Shown here in pieces: positions 1-11,110 of a stretch of DNA of 64,000 nucleotides. A program made the position numbers and the translations under genes. The notes beneath the pieces are model-generated. The model saw nothing but the letters and a program-made list of their open reading frames with translations, searched no databases and had not been told where the DNA came from. The first letter of the stretch is position 1; every line of letters starts with the position of its first letter. This DNA is from Octopus vulgaris (Eukaryota), in the NCBI GenBank assembly GCA_951406725.2, contig OX597814.1:200198001-200262000 (forward strand). Direction: 5' to 3'.

Positions 1-429
1 TCTGCCTCTTCACATAATTAGTCAAGCCTACATGACTCATTTTCTCCCACCTCAGCAGATGTTTTGCATTCAATGTTTATACCTCATTGATAAAATGTAG
101 AACCACTTATATGCTTGATACAGTCTTTCACAGAGAAAACAAATCATTAAGGACAATATTATATCTAACAACTTTCTAAACCTCCAGCATCACGTTTTAT
201 CTCAGGTTACCATACTATCACTACATTCACCTCCAGCAACAAACAGACCAGTTGAGCAAAAGAAACTGTCATGTATGTCTGGTGAGCTGTTTGAGCAGTT
301 CAGTAATTATTCCTGTGCATCTGTCACATATGAAGTCCTGATTTTCTGTCAGCCTACCAGTGACACCACTTCATCTTTTGTAAAGTTTGCAAAGTAAAAA
401 CTTTTCAGCTCCAACAGTTCTATATTTAA

Positions 430-1518
430 CCCTTTCGTTACTATATTTCTGACCAAAATACACCCCTCATGTGTTTCAATTAATTTCTAACGTAATCATA
501 AATTTAGTCTGGTTTCATTAAACAACCATAACTTTTTTATTTATCAATATATTAACGTGAATTTTGGAAGATAATTTAATGAAATGTTCTCAACCAATTC
601 TATACTATAATTTTTGTCACAAAGTGACTCTAATTGCAGGTAGATACAGGTAAATTCAACAAAATATAAAATTATTAAAATTTTGTTCAAACATTGCTAT
701 AGAAAATGGGTTATTAGCTAATATTCAGTTGGGTATACAACAAAATTTTACGATAGAATTTGTTATTCTGGATAACTTTCTGATACCCATAATAATATTT
801 ATGGCAAAATAGTCTTAATTTCATTTAAGGTTGTGGGAAACCACTAACTATCCTTTCTTTTGCTTTGTTTACATTAAGCATAACGGTTCGTTTCCGCCGT
901 AATGATTTCAAATAGGCTCATTCGAAAAAGTAAAAAGAAATAGTCTAAGGCTTTACTCTCCTGGGAAAGTCTGTGGCTTGGTCCAGTTTCTTCAGAAAAA
1001 TCACCGAAAGAAACAGTTTTTAAATTTTCACTCCATTCAGGTGCCAATTCATTTTCTTTATCGCTGTCGGAGCTCTCGGATTCACTGTTTTCACTTTCGG
1101 AAAATGAAACATCAGATCCATTATCAAATACCACGTGCTTTTTTTTTTTCAGTCATAGAGTTAGATTTATCAAGGTCTTCAGTAGAAAATCCTTTGAATT
1201 CTGACTCGCTGCTTGATATAATGAAATTCGTATCCATTTTTTGTCAGAATTACAAATTTTGAAAACACAATAGGAACAAATTTCTGAAAAAAAATCTCCC
1301 AAAATTCACGTAATTAAAATTACACTTTGATTCTTGTACAAAACTGTAGTTGAACTGTTTACGAAATATAATACGTGTTTTCACGAATGTACTAAAGAAA
1401 TTTGCTCTGATATTCTCATTTAAATATGAATAGGTAAATATGGGCGGGTTTGGACGGTTTGGTCCACATTAACCAAAATTTTTTTCGGGCGGCTTTGGGC
1501 GGTTTGGTAACGAAAGGG
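430..1518 (-). mobile_element. piggyBac internal-deletion derivative
   Basis: TTAA at 426-429 and 1519-1522. Perfect 12-bp TIRs CCCTTTCGTTAC (430-441) and GTAACGAAAGGG (1507-1518). Contains a transposase N-terminal fragment. The equivalent empty site acagttctatatTTAAgagatgagg is present at 14358. Confidence 0.92.
874..1237 (-). pseudogene. truncated piggyBac transposase N-terminus
   Basis: ORF 874..1134 has an acidic Ser-rich leader followed by FSEETGP...ALDYFFLLF...IITAETNRYA, typical of piggyBac/PGBD transposase starts. The upstream ATG at 1237 (MDTNFIISSSESEF) is out of frame, with the A11 run at 1139-1149 the likely frameshift site. No DDD catalytic core. Confidence 0.8.
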
Positions 1519-1522
1519 TTAA

Positions 1523-1781
1523 GAGATGAGGAACTATTTACATTATTTACATTTGATGACTATTTGTCTTCATCTAGTTTGTTGTTAACATGTATTGGCT
1601 GATATACCCTCCAGCCTTCACCAGGTGTATTGGGGAAATTTCAGACCTGGGTTCTCATTCCTAAGGTATTTTTCTATATCATTATTATTATTATTATTAC
1701 TATTATTATTATTCAGATCACTGCCTGGAATCAAACTCAGAATCTTGGGGCTAGTAGCCTGTGCTCTTAACAACTACACCA
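1523..1781 (-). mobile_element. tRNA-headed SINE family C (hammerhead/Penelope-like tail), interrupted at its 3' tail by the piggyBac element
   Basis: Reverse complement of 1841-2086. The tail continues at about 413-429 on the other side of the piggyBac insertion. Confidence 0.8.
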
Positions 1782-1840
1782 AAAGTCTTTCTAAACCTCT
1801 TGTATCCTGTTTTCACTCAGGTTACCATACATTCACCTCC

Positions 1841-2086
1841 ACGGGCATATGGCATAGTGGTTAAGAGCACGGGCTACTAACCCCAAGATTCTGAGTTCGA
1901 TTCCAGGCAGTGACCTGAATAATAAAAATAATAACAACAACAACATCGAAAAATACTTTAGGAATGAGAACCCAGGTTTGAAATTTCCCCAAGACACCTG
2001 AAGAAGGATGGAGGGTATATCAGCCGAAATGTTGTGTTAACAACAAACAAGATGAGGACAAATATCTGTCAAATATAAATAATGTA
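1841..2086 (+). mobile_element. tRNA-headed SINE family C
   Basis: A box TGGCATAGTGG (1850-1860), anticodon-like arm GGG-CT-ACT-AA-CCC, B box AGTTCGATTCC (1894-1904), an (AAT/AAC)n spacer, then a CTGAAGA...GAAA motif at 1993-2038. Confidence 0.82.
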
Positions 2087-2578
2087 TACAGTTCTTACTT
2101 ACTCTCTTCGAACAAGGCCATATCTCACTCATATACCATTTGGAATTTGGGGTTTCTATATTAATTAATTCTTTGGTCTTTGCCATCATGCAGTAGTGGA
2201 TTCTCAAAATCTTTAGAGAATCAGACAAAATGTCTGGCGGAATTTAGATCTTAAGTTCAAATCCTACCAAAAATTAACTTTGCCTTTTATTTTCTGGGGT
2301 TATTAGAAGGAGAAACCACTTTCATGCTTTGGACTCCATACCATTCTTCTTTCAACAGGAAGTTTTCTGCAGCATTTCAACAATCTTAAAACTCCTACAT
2401 TATTGCATCAATAGTTACAACAAATATACAGCTGCTGAAAATGGAATCACATCTAACTTTTCTAACAATCTACCTTTATTTGTAACACCTATATACCTAT
2501 TAGCCTGTCTTGAACAACTTTTTACAATCATTCATATATAAATAAAAGACAATTCTCTCTCTCTCTCTCTCAAATAGA

Positions 2579-2581
<3 letters not shown>

Positions 2582-2628
<47 letters not shown>
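2582..2628. repeat. (TA)n microsatellite
   Basis: Pure TA run. Confidence 0.95.
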
Positions 2629-2634
<6 letters not shown>

Positions 2635-2783
2635 AACTTCATTCAGTTTCCATTTACCAAATCTACTCACAAGTCTTTGGTTGGCCCAAGGTTATAGTAG
2701 AAACCATTTGGCCAAGGTGGCATGCAGTGGGATTGAACCTAGAACCATGTGATTGGGAAGCAAACTTCTTACCACACAGCCAC
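2635..2783 (-). mobile_element. tRNA-derived SINE family B, 5' part
   Basis: Reverse complement of the family B head seen at 19221. Confidence 0.75.
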
Positions 2784-3762
2784 TGGTGTCTTAGTTTACA
2801 CTTAATCACTCCTGAAGCAGAATATTTCACTTTCCTTTCCTTAAAATTTCTTATGTAATTTCTTATAAGATATATGGTATCTTTTGGTCCATCAACTTTT
2901 GGCCACAGAAACTGCCATTCTATTTCTACCCCGCTTTGACCTTGTAACGGTTGATGGTGATACTGCTGTGTCAATAACACCTTGCTTAGCTGATTAAGCT
3001 AATGAGGGTACCTCTAGATGGTAGCTTAGTCTGTAATAAAAACAACAGTCAAATCTCCTTCAAATCAAATCTAGCCATCTTAAAATATGGCAAACATCTT
3101 GGTCAATGTAATCCTGAACATATAAATAGATTGGATGGTCATGGCTGGAATCCTTTTGATCATCGTTTATTTTGTATTTTTTTTTTTTTTTTTTTTGTCA
3201 GAGTTGACTTTTGGCTTAACTACAATCTGATTATCTAGATAGGTAATTATCATAATACCAAAGTAGCCTAAAGCTTTAACGTTTTAAGCAACAATCCCTT
3301 GTGGACGATCGGTTTTCCTTTCCTTGGTTACATTCTCAACTCTGCTGATGACACAAAATACTGACCAAGCTTTCATTTACATGTACAGCAGATATTCTAC
3401 TCATACTTCTTGTTTTTGCAAGCTCTTTTATGAAGCTTTCACGTCCTACTTCTGTTGACAGTAAGAACAAGAGTCTTACCAACATCACAGCAGACACATT
3501 TCTCCACAATGACATCCAGCATTTCTCTCTCTTATACACACAGACATCTAACCATACACATTAGAGTAAAGATGATGTCTATCCAAAATTACAGACTCCA
3601 AAATGAAAAAGATGAAATAAAAAAATTAAATAAATGAAATAAAGAAAATATTAAAAATGTAAATTAAAATTATATATATATAATAATTATTTCAGGGAAT
3701 ATTATTAATAACTTACTTAATTATATATATAATTAAGGGTGTCAAAGAGGCACAACCAAGCT

Positions 3763-4079
3763 AGAAATAGCAGTCAAAACTGACTCTAGAACCACATGAT
3801 TATTCATATAGCACATATGCTGTATAATGACTTTCGGAAGCATTTTTTCACGCTCAGAGTTGCTGAAGCATGGAATAAACTGCCTGCGTCAGTTGTTGAC
3901 TGCCATGACACTGCATCTTTTAAGGCCCTCATGCTTTCCGAAATCCGCCGAAACTACACCTGATTATATATACACTTTAGATGAGTTGTAGTGCACCTGA
4001 GCACTGTACACAATTATTATTATAATTATTATTATAAATACATGGTGTTGTACTAGAGTCAGTTTTGACTGCTATTTCT
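3763..4079. repeat. inverted repeat (foldback element) with a CR1 fragment in the loop
   Basis: Perfect 27-bp arms agaaatagcagtcaaaactgactctag (3763-3789) and ctagagtcagttttgactgctatttct (4053-4079). Confidence 0.85.
3829..4015 (+). mobile_element. CR1-like LINE 3' end
   Basis: DFRKHFFTLRVAEAWNKLPASVVDCHDTASFKALMLSEIRRNYT* carries the CR1 ORF2 C-terminal motif FF..RV...WN.LP..VV......FK. Followed by a short 3' UTR and an (ATT)n tail. Confidence 0.85.
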
Positions 4080-4242
4080 GGCATGATGGTAACTTTGGTA
4101 ACTTTAATTATATTCATATTATATATCTAAAATAATTATTTCCTATACAGTTTTCTCCATGCTGGCCACTTTATATGATCGTTATTCTATATAATGGTCT
4201 TATCTTTTTTATATATACTGTACATATTTACATATATATATA

Positions 4243-4270
<28 letters not shown>

Positions 4271-4275
<5 letters not shown>

Positions 4276-4543
4276 TAGAGAAAAACCACTATTATGTTAT
4301 TCAAACAATGACAGACATAAATCACACCATATAGAAAATAAAATATATGATAAAACATTTACCTAGATCACAATAAAGTACATAATAATAAATAAACAAT
4401 ATATAATTAGTAAATAGACTATTATTATGTACTTTATGGTGAGCTAGATAAATGTTTTGTCATATATTTTATTTTTTCTATATGGTGTGATTTACGTCTA
4501 TCAATTTTTTAAATTGCATAATAGTGGTTTCTCTCTAATTTTT
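4271..4543. repeat. long imperfect palindrome (about 120-bp arms, about 30-nt loop)
   Basis: aaaattagagaaaaaccactattatg...aaatcacaccatatagaaaa...ataaagtacataataata pairs with tattattatgtactttat...ttttctatatggtgtgattt...cataatagtggtttctctctaatttt. Related ends occur at 24785-24965. Confidence 0.85.
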
Positions 4544-5424
4544 ATATATTATATATATTTATATTGTGAAATTTGATTTAATACTAAATTGAAATTTTCC
4601 CTATAAGTTTGGAGTTATACTCCCTAATATTATTATTATTATTATTATTATACACACACACACACACACACACACGCGCACACACACACATGCGTTGCTT
4701 CTGTCTATCAAATCCACCCTGAAGACTTTTGGTTTGCCCAAGGTGCCATGTAGTGAGATTGAACTTGAAACAAAGAGGTTGGGATGCAAACTTCTTAATC
4801 ACGCACTTCATGCCTAGATACATAAAATGACAGTGAGTAAGAGTTGTAAATTGTATAAAAATATATTTTACATGGTGCAAATACTCGATACAGAACTCAG
4901 TACATTGCACAGCGTGGAAAGAGATGTATTTATTTTATCAAAGATTGACAATCAACCTATGATATTGCACATCTGTAGGTGTGTGTGTGAGAGAGAGAGA
5001 GAGAGATTGGTGAATGTTCAGTTTACAAAAGCAGAAAAAAAAAACAGTGTATATATTTTATTAGAAGCTAAATTTTTATTCTAAGATTCTGATAACTAAT
5101 TAGTTCAATGAATGAAGTAACGAGGATGACAATATATAAGTAGAAATATTCACAAGACAAATTGATACATGAATGCCGAACAATACATCAGGATTTGAAT
5201 GGATGTCGGGGAACAAAGTGGAAATTGCACCTCTTATTCATTCATTAATTACTATATGCAGAGCAAATGGTACTTTCTTCTATGAAGTCTGTTTTCTCCT
5301 TTTGGCAATCAATTGAGATTCAATGTATACCTGACTAACCATATTTCAATGTGTTAGCAAATATTTTTGCTTGTATAGTTTCATAGTGCTTCTCTACTTC
5401 AGTTTTTTTAATAATCAGAAATAT

Positions 5425-5646
5425 GCAAAGAGAGACGTTTGCACTGGTATGGTCATGTACTATGGAAGAATGAGGAGAGATGTGTGAAGAAGTGCCACTC
5501 TCAAACTGTTGAAGGAATCCGGGGTAGAGGTAGAGCGAGGAAGACATGGGATGGAGTGGTCAAGCATGACCTTCAAGCGTTGGGCCTCACAGAGGCAATG
5601 ACGAAAGACCGAGACCTCTGGAGATATGCTGTGACTGCAAAGACCC
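5425..5646 (+). mobile_element. RTE-clade LINE 3' fragment
   Basis: ERRLHWYGHVLWKNEERCVKKCHSQTVEGIRGRGRARKTWDGVVKHDLQALGLTEAMTKDRDLWRYAV contains the RTE C-terminal motifs RL.W.GHV, G.R.RGR....W and DR..WR. Confidence 0.9.
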
Positions 5647-5770
5647 CAAAAAATAAAATGAGTTCATGACTGTATCCTACAAAATGGTTGAGAAACACTG
5701 GGTTTAAAACAATAGAATCTATGTATGTGTGTGTGTGTACATGTGTATGTATATATATATGTATATATAT

Positions 5771-6117
5771 ACTCTTTTACTTGTTTCAGTAATTTGACTG
5801 CAGCCATGCTGGAGCACTGCCTTTAGTCAAGCAAATCGACCCCAGTACTTCTTCTTTGTAAGCCTAGTACTTATTCTATTGGTCTCCTTTGTGAAACTGC
5901 TAAGTTACGGGGATGTAAACACACCAGCATCGGTTGTCAAGCGATTTTGGACACACACAAACACACACATGACGGACTTCTTTCAGTTTCAATCTACCAA
6001 ATCCACTCACAAGGTCAGCCTGAGGCTATAGTAGAAGACACTTGCCCAAGGTTCCACACAGTGGGACTGAACCCGGAACCATGTGGTTGGTAAACAAGCT
6101 ACTTACCACACAGCCAT
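5771..6117 (-). mobile_element. tRNA-derived SINE family B, near full length
   Basis: Reverse complement colinear with 19221-19608. Confidence 0.85.
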
Positions 6118-6131
6118 ATATATATATATAT

Positions 6132-6383
6132 ATACATTATTTACATTTGACAGATATTTGTCCTCACCTTTTTTGTTGTTAACACAACATTTCGGCTGAT
6201 ATACCCTCCAGCCTTCATTCGGTGTCCTGGGGAAATTTCAAACCTGGGTTCTCATTCTTAAGGGTTTTTTCACCTCGATATTATTATTATTATTATTATT
6301 ATTATCCAGGTCACTGCCTGGAATCATACTCAGAATCTTGGGGTTAGTAACCAGTGCTATTAACCTCTAAGCCACATGTCCAC
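6132..6383 (-). mobile_element. tRNA-headed SINE family C, in a (TA)n tract
   Basis: Colinear with the reverse complement of 1841-2086; TA repeats on both sides. Confidence 0.8.
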
Positions 6384-7451
6384 AGAACTGTTATATATAT
6401 ATATATATAGGAAGGTGGAATTATAGATAATGTAAGTCTTCTCAAGCTCCTAGGAGTGGGATGGATGGGGAATTGCAATGACTGCAGCCTGTGTTGCTTA
6501 CAAATTAATATAATTAAATAGTTCCTATATAAAATTAAACTGTCCTTGTTGGAAACATCAAATTATTTAAGATAGTGGGGACAACAGAATAGCAATAATA
6601 ATTATAATAATGAATGATGTTGTACCCTACGTGTGTGTTGTGCATGATAATTTTGTAAGATTTGTAATTAAATAGCTCTTATTGAATTAAATATATGTAA
6701 TAAGAAAATATTTTTAACACTCTAATCAAGAGAAAATATTATTGCAAATTGGTTAATTATATCTTTCGACTGAATTAGTCATTTGGATTCTAGGTTCTCA
6801 TTAATTAACAAAGCAATAATAACTTTGAAAATAAGGAGAAATTATTTTAACAGTTACTTAAAATATTATAGTTTAAGGCATAAAACTACAGATATGAATA
6901 CATTTGAAGAAAATGAGTCAATTTCTGTTGCAATAGAATGAAGACAAATAAAGGGTACCTTCTATGGAATGCAAACAATTTTTATTGATTTGAATGTTGA
7001 AGGGTTACGGTTATCAGTTCAGGATGCAGACAGTTTGGATGGGAAACCAAAAGAACAAGATTTCTAGTAAGACTAAATCACTTTGGACATAGGTTTGTGT
7101 GTCATATAGCTAGCTAGAGGTGTTGGCCTGTTGGAGCTAATCAATGACAGCTTTAGTCATATATTTATGGACTGCCATATTAGCTTGGTGATAACTGTTG
7201 ATATCCAGTACCACTGCCAGTCTCCTTTAGAGAGAATTAGAAATAATAATATTTCTATTTTTGTAAACCACTTTATTTTCTGTTTACTAATCTGTAAAAG
7301 GCTCTTGACAAGAGTTTTGCTCTGTAGTTAACTGGTCACTAAAGAAACTATGTGTAGATAGATATATCGTAAGACCTATGAGAGTTACTTATGAAAGTAT
7401 TATTAGCAAAGTTAGCATTGACAATAAATTCAGTGCTACATTTTGTGTCAA

Positions 7452-7650
7452 GATCGAAATTGTAGTTGTGGCCAGTGCCACCTGACTGGCACCCATGCTG
7501 GTGGCATGTAATAAGCACCATTCAAGTATCCAGCTGTAGGAACCTTGCCAAATCAGACTGGAGCCTGGTGCAGCCTCCTTGCTTGCCAGTTTTCAGTCAA
7601 ACCAGTCAACCCATGACAGCATGGAAGGCAAATGTTAAATGATGATGATG
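7452..7650 (+). mobile_element. family D retroposon (RTE-type 3' end with (GAT)n tail)
   Basis: catccagctgtag...acccatgacagcatggaa...ttaaatgatgatgatg, shared with 34806-35203. Confidence 0.7.
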
Positions 7651-7927
7651 AGCTCCATCCTCAGTTTAGTCTTATACTTAAGACTATCAATGGCAATTAA
7701 TATTAGGACTTTGGGTGTAAATGAAGCTACGTTTGCAGGAGAAAGAAAGTGTTTTGACAATAAAATGTCAGTGTGTTTCTTGAAGAAGAAATTAAACTTC
7801 TGCAGAGTTCTGTCAACTCTCTCCTCCTGTATGTGTAGCATGTACAAGCATAAATACTGCATTGAGAGAGACATATAATAAACAAGCACATGCTTTTGAT
7901 AGGAATGTAAAGATCTGTGGTAAATGG

Positions 7928-8077
7928 CCTGAGTGGTTGGCGTTAGGAAGGGCATCCAGCTGTAGAAACTCTGCCAGATCAGATTGGAGTCTGGTTAACC
8001 AGACCTCAGTCAAATCGTCCAACCAATGCTAGCATGGAAAGCGGACATTAAATGATGATGATGATGATGATGATGAT
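7928..8077 (+). mobile_element. family D retroposon 3' end
   Basis: gagtggttggcgttaggaagggcatccagctgtagaaac...gctagcatggaaagcggacattaaa followed by (tga)n. Confidence 0.8.
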
Positions 8078-8511
8078 ATATACATATTTATATACATGCA
8101 TACATATAGGCACAAATATACACTAGGGAGTGTAGTCAGACTGAACTCCCTATTACCAGTAAATCACTCTTTATCATGAAACCTAACAGCATACATTTGC
8201 ATCACGTCCACCATCCTAAACCTACACAAACAGGCAGCAGTTATTATAGACCACTTGCTGTTTCAGCTCACTTGTGCTCTTTCATTCATGCTACTAGAAC
8301 ACACCTAACAAATCACACATGACTAATTTCTTTCCAGCCACTGCAGATCTCCAACATCCAATTCACATGGCTCTCTCAGACATGCAGCTTCTCACATTTT
8401 ATACAGGCTTCTTACAGAAGGCAACATTTTTGTTGTCAATGTCAAACTAGGTCTTATTGCTAGGTAATTGATTTAGTGAGTTTGTTATTTCATTATATAC
8501 AGAAATTGAGT

Positions 8512-9098
8512 AAGGTGGTGAGCTAGCAGAAACGTTAGCACGCCGGGCAAAATGCTTTGTGTTATTTCGTCCGCCGCTGCGTTCTGAGTTAAAATTCCGC
8601 TGAGGACGACTTTGCCTTTCATCCTTTCGGGGTCGATAAATTAAGTACCACTGATGCACTGGGGTTGATGTAATCAACTTAATCTGTTCGTCTGTATTTG
8701 TTTGTCCCCTCTGCGTTTAGCCCCTTCTGGGTAGTAAAGAAATAGGTATTTCGTCTGCCGCTACGTTCTAAGTTCAAATTCCACCGAGGTCGACTTTGCT
8801 TTTCATCCTTTCGGGGTCGATAAATTAAGTACCAGTGACGCACTGGGGTTGATGTAATTGACTTAATCCATTTGTCCACTCTGCGTTTAGCCCCTTGTGA
8901 GTAGTAAAGAAATTGGTATTTCATCTACCGTTACGTTCTGAGTTCAAATTCCGCCGAGGTCGACTTTGCCTTTCATCCATTCGAGGTCGATAAATTAAGT
9001 ACCAGTGACGCACTGGAGTCGATGTAATTGACTTAATCCGTTTGTCTGTACTTGTTTGTCCCCTCTATGTTTAGCCCCTTGTGGGTAGTAATAAAATA
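8512..9098 (+). mobile_element. tRNA-derived SINE family A with three tandem body units
   Basis: One head (ggtggtgagctagcagaaacgttagc) followed by three units of about 170-185 bp starting near 8561, 8745 and 8915. Each unit has a B box and the core gcctttcatcctttcggggtcgataaattaagtacc. Confidence 0.88.
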
Positions 9099-10411
9099 TG
9101 TTTTATTGCTCAAATTCCTTCTCTTCTCTGTATTGTTTATGACTGATTACTACATTCAGTTGTATGAGATGAATATCTCAGCTAAAGTTCAGGTCTATTT
9201 CCTTCAACTGAAATTGATTACAGACTTTCATGGCTTTTAATCTCGCTACTCCATCTCTGAATGTGCTGCCGATATTCTCCTTCTATCTCCTCCAATAAAC
9301 TCAGCCAATTTCAAAAGATCACAAATTATTCCACCAAGCTTTTTGTCCCTCTTCCCTTTCATTAGTAATGTCCTCCGTATCACATTCTTACATCTGAAGA
9401 TAATAACTTTTCCCATTTTTCAATTTTCTTTCTATCACAAATTCCTTTTAATCCTGAAGAAAAATGAAAATTAAACAAGAGGCTTTCATTATTTATTTGC
9501 TTGAGGCAGAACAACCTACACATTCCACATTTATTCTTTCAGAAATTTCTTCAATTTTCAAAACAAAAAACACCAGACAATCTACCAGTGCAAATCCCTC
9601 TAGTTCAGATTTATTTCATGGTTTTGTTCAAAAAGTAACAGAAGCACCTATTATAACCTTGTTTTATAACTTCTAAGACTAACTAATTATAAATACATAC
9701 CAGAAATATTGCATAAAACTGGTCATAAATTTGCATGAATAACATTAAATCTTGTGTGCTATTTCACTCTGGTTGTATAATTAATTATTCATTACAAGCA
9801 GTATCTGCGGAAATTCCAGTTAGTTGAACTCAGTAACAGTGTTAGAAGTTAGAGGCAAACCATGAAATACAAATGTTTTTGTTTTTGAAACTGCATGTTG
9901 TTTCTAAAGCACTGAAGGTATTGATGATGCAGTTTTAAGAAAGACCATCTTTTGAAAACTACATTCATTATAGTATTCTTGCCAACCTCTCCTCACTTGG
10001 GAGTTGTAATATATTGCTCTTATCAAACTATAGACCAGGTCCAAATGCTTGCAACAGGGTAGGACCATGTTGAAAGTACCCAGGGTTAGTATGTGGTGGT
10101 GTCAAATGGAGCACCCATGAACATGAATGGTTCATTTGGATTGTTTACAGAGAGTTTCTGCCAATTCAAATACAGTCATAAGACTACAATAAAAGATATT
10201 TGCCCAAGGAATTGTGCAGTTGTAGGGAACTTGGAACCGTATGATTCTCAGGCAAATTTTTTAAACCACATGACTTCTTTCCAGTAATGCAATAGCAGAC
10301 GAAGCAAATGTTTTCATCAGTTCTGAGTACTTTTAAAGAATTCTGAATTTTTTGTTTTTAGTGGCCATACTGACAGCAGCATCTGCTGATATGAAGCTCT
10401 AACATTTTCTT

Positions 10412-10580
10412 CAGTAGATGTACCACGATAAATGTGATATGGAATTTCTTCATTTATCCATGAAGTGTATTCTTCTCTTTATGGCAAATGTGTGGAAAAA
10501 TGGATGTTTAAACAATGATGATGATGGTGTGCGTGTATGCACATTACTGTAGTATAGTTTTTATGGAACATTGCCAGATA

Positions 10581-10623
<43 letters not shown>

Positions 10624-10897
10624 TTTAAATATTTTTATAAACCCAAAACAATACAAGTTATAAAAAATGAATAATACAAGTTGATGGTTATATTTATATA
10701 TGCATGTATGTGTGTGTGTGAGAGAGAGAGATAATATGTGCATATGTGTATGTGCGTGTGTGTGTGTGTATAGACTAGTTTCAAGGTGTTTGCCTGTCAT
10801 CAATATATATGTTGCTCCAGTAGATGTACCACGATAAATGTGATATGGAATTTCTTCATTTATCCATTTAGTGTATTCTTCTCTTTATGACAAATGT
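10412..10897 (+). repeat. 80-bp dispersed direct duplication (10412-10491 and 10818-10897)
   Basis: 77 of 80 positions identical by eye. Confidence 0.9.
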
Positions 10898-11110
10898 TCA
10901 CTCAGCTGTAGAAATGAGCTGCGCTATCACAGGTGCCAAGCTGTATTAGCCTTTGCCTTTCCCTTGGATAACACTGGTGGCGCGGAGAGGGGAGGCCGGT
11001 ATGCATGGGCGACTGCTGACCTTCCATAAACAACCTTGCCTGGACTTGTACCTGGGAGGGTAACTTTCTAGGTGCAATCCCATGGTCAGTCATGACCGAA
11101 GGGGGTCTCA
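10898..11110 (+). mobile_element. 5'-truncated SINE-like retroposon
   Basis: GC-rich block starting cactcagctgtagaaatgag, a motif related to the cactcagccggcaaaaataag of 23385-23703. Family not named. Confidence 0.55.

Noticed and set aside
1844-1915. tRNA gene
   Set aside because: Has A/B boxes, but the acceptor stem is poor and it is the head of a multi-copy SINE.
8512-9098. CRISPR-like array
   Set aside because: Long tandem SINE units with no unique spacers, in a eukaryotic intron.
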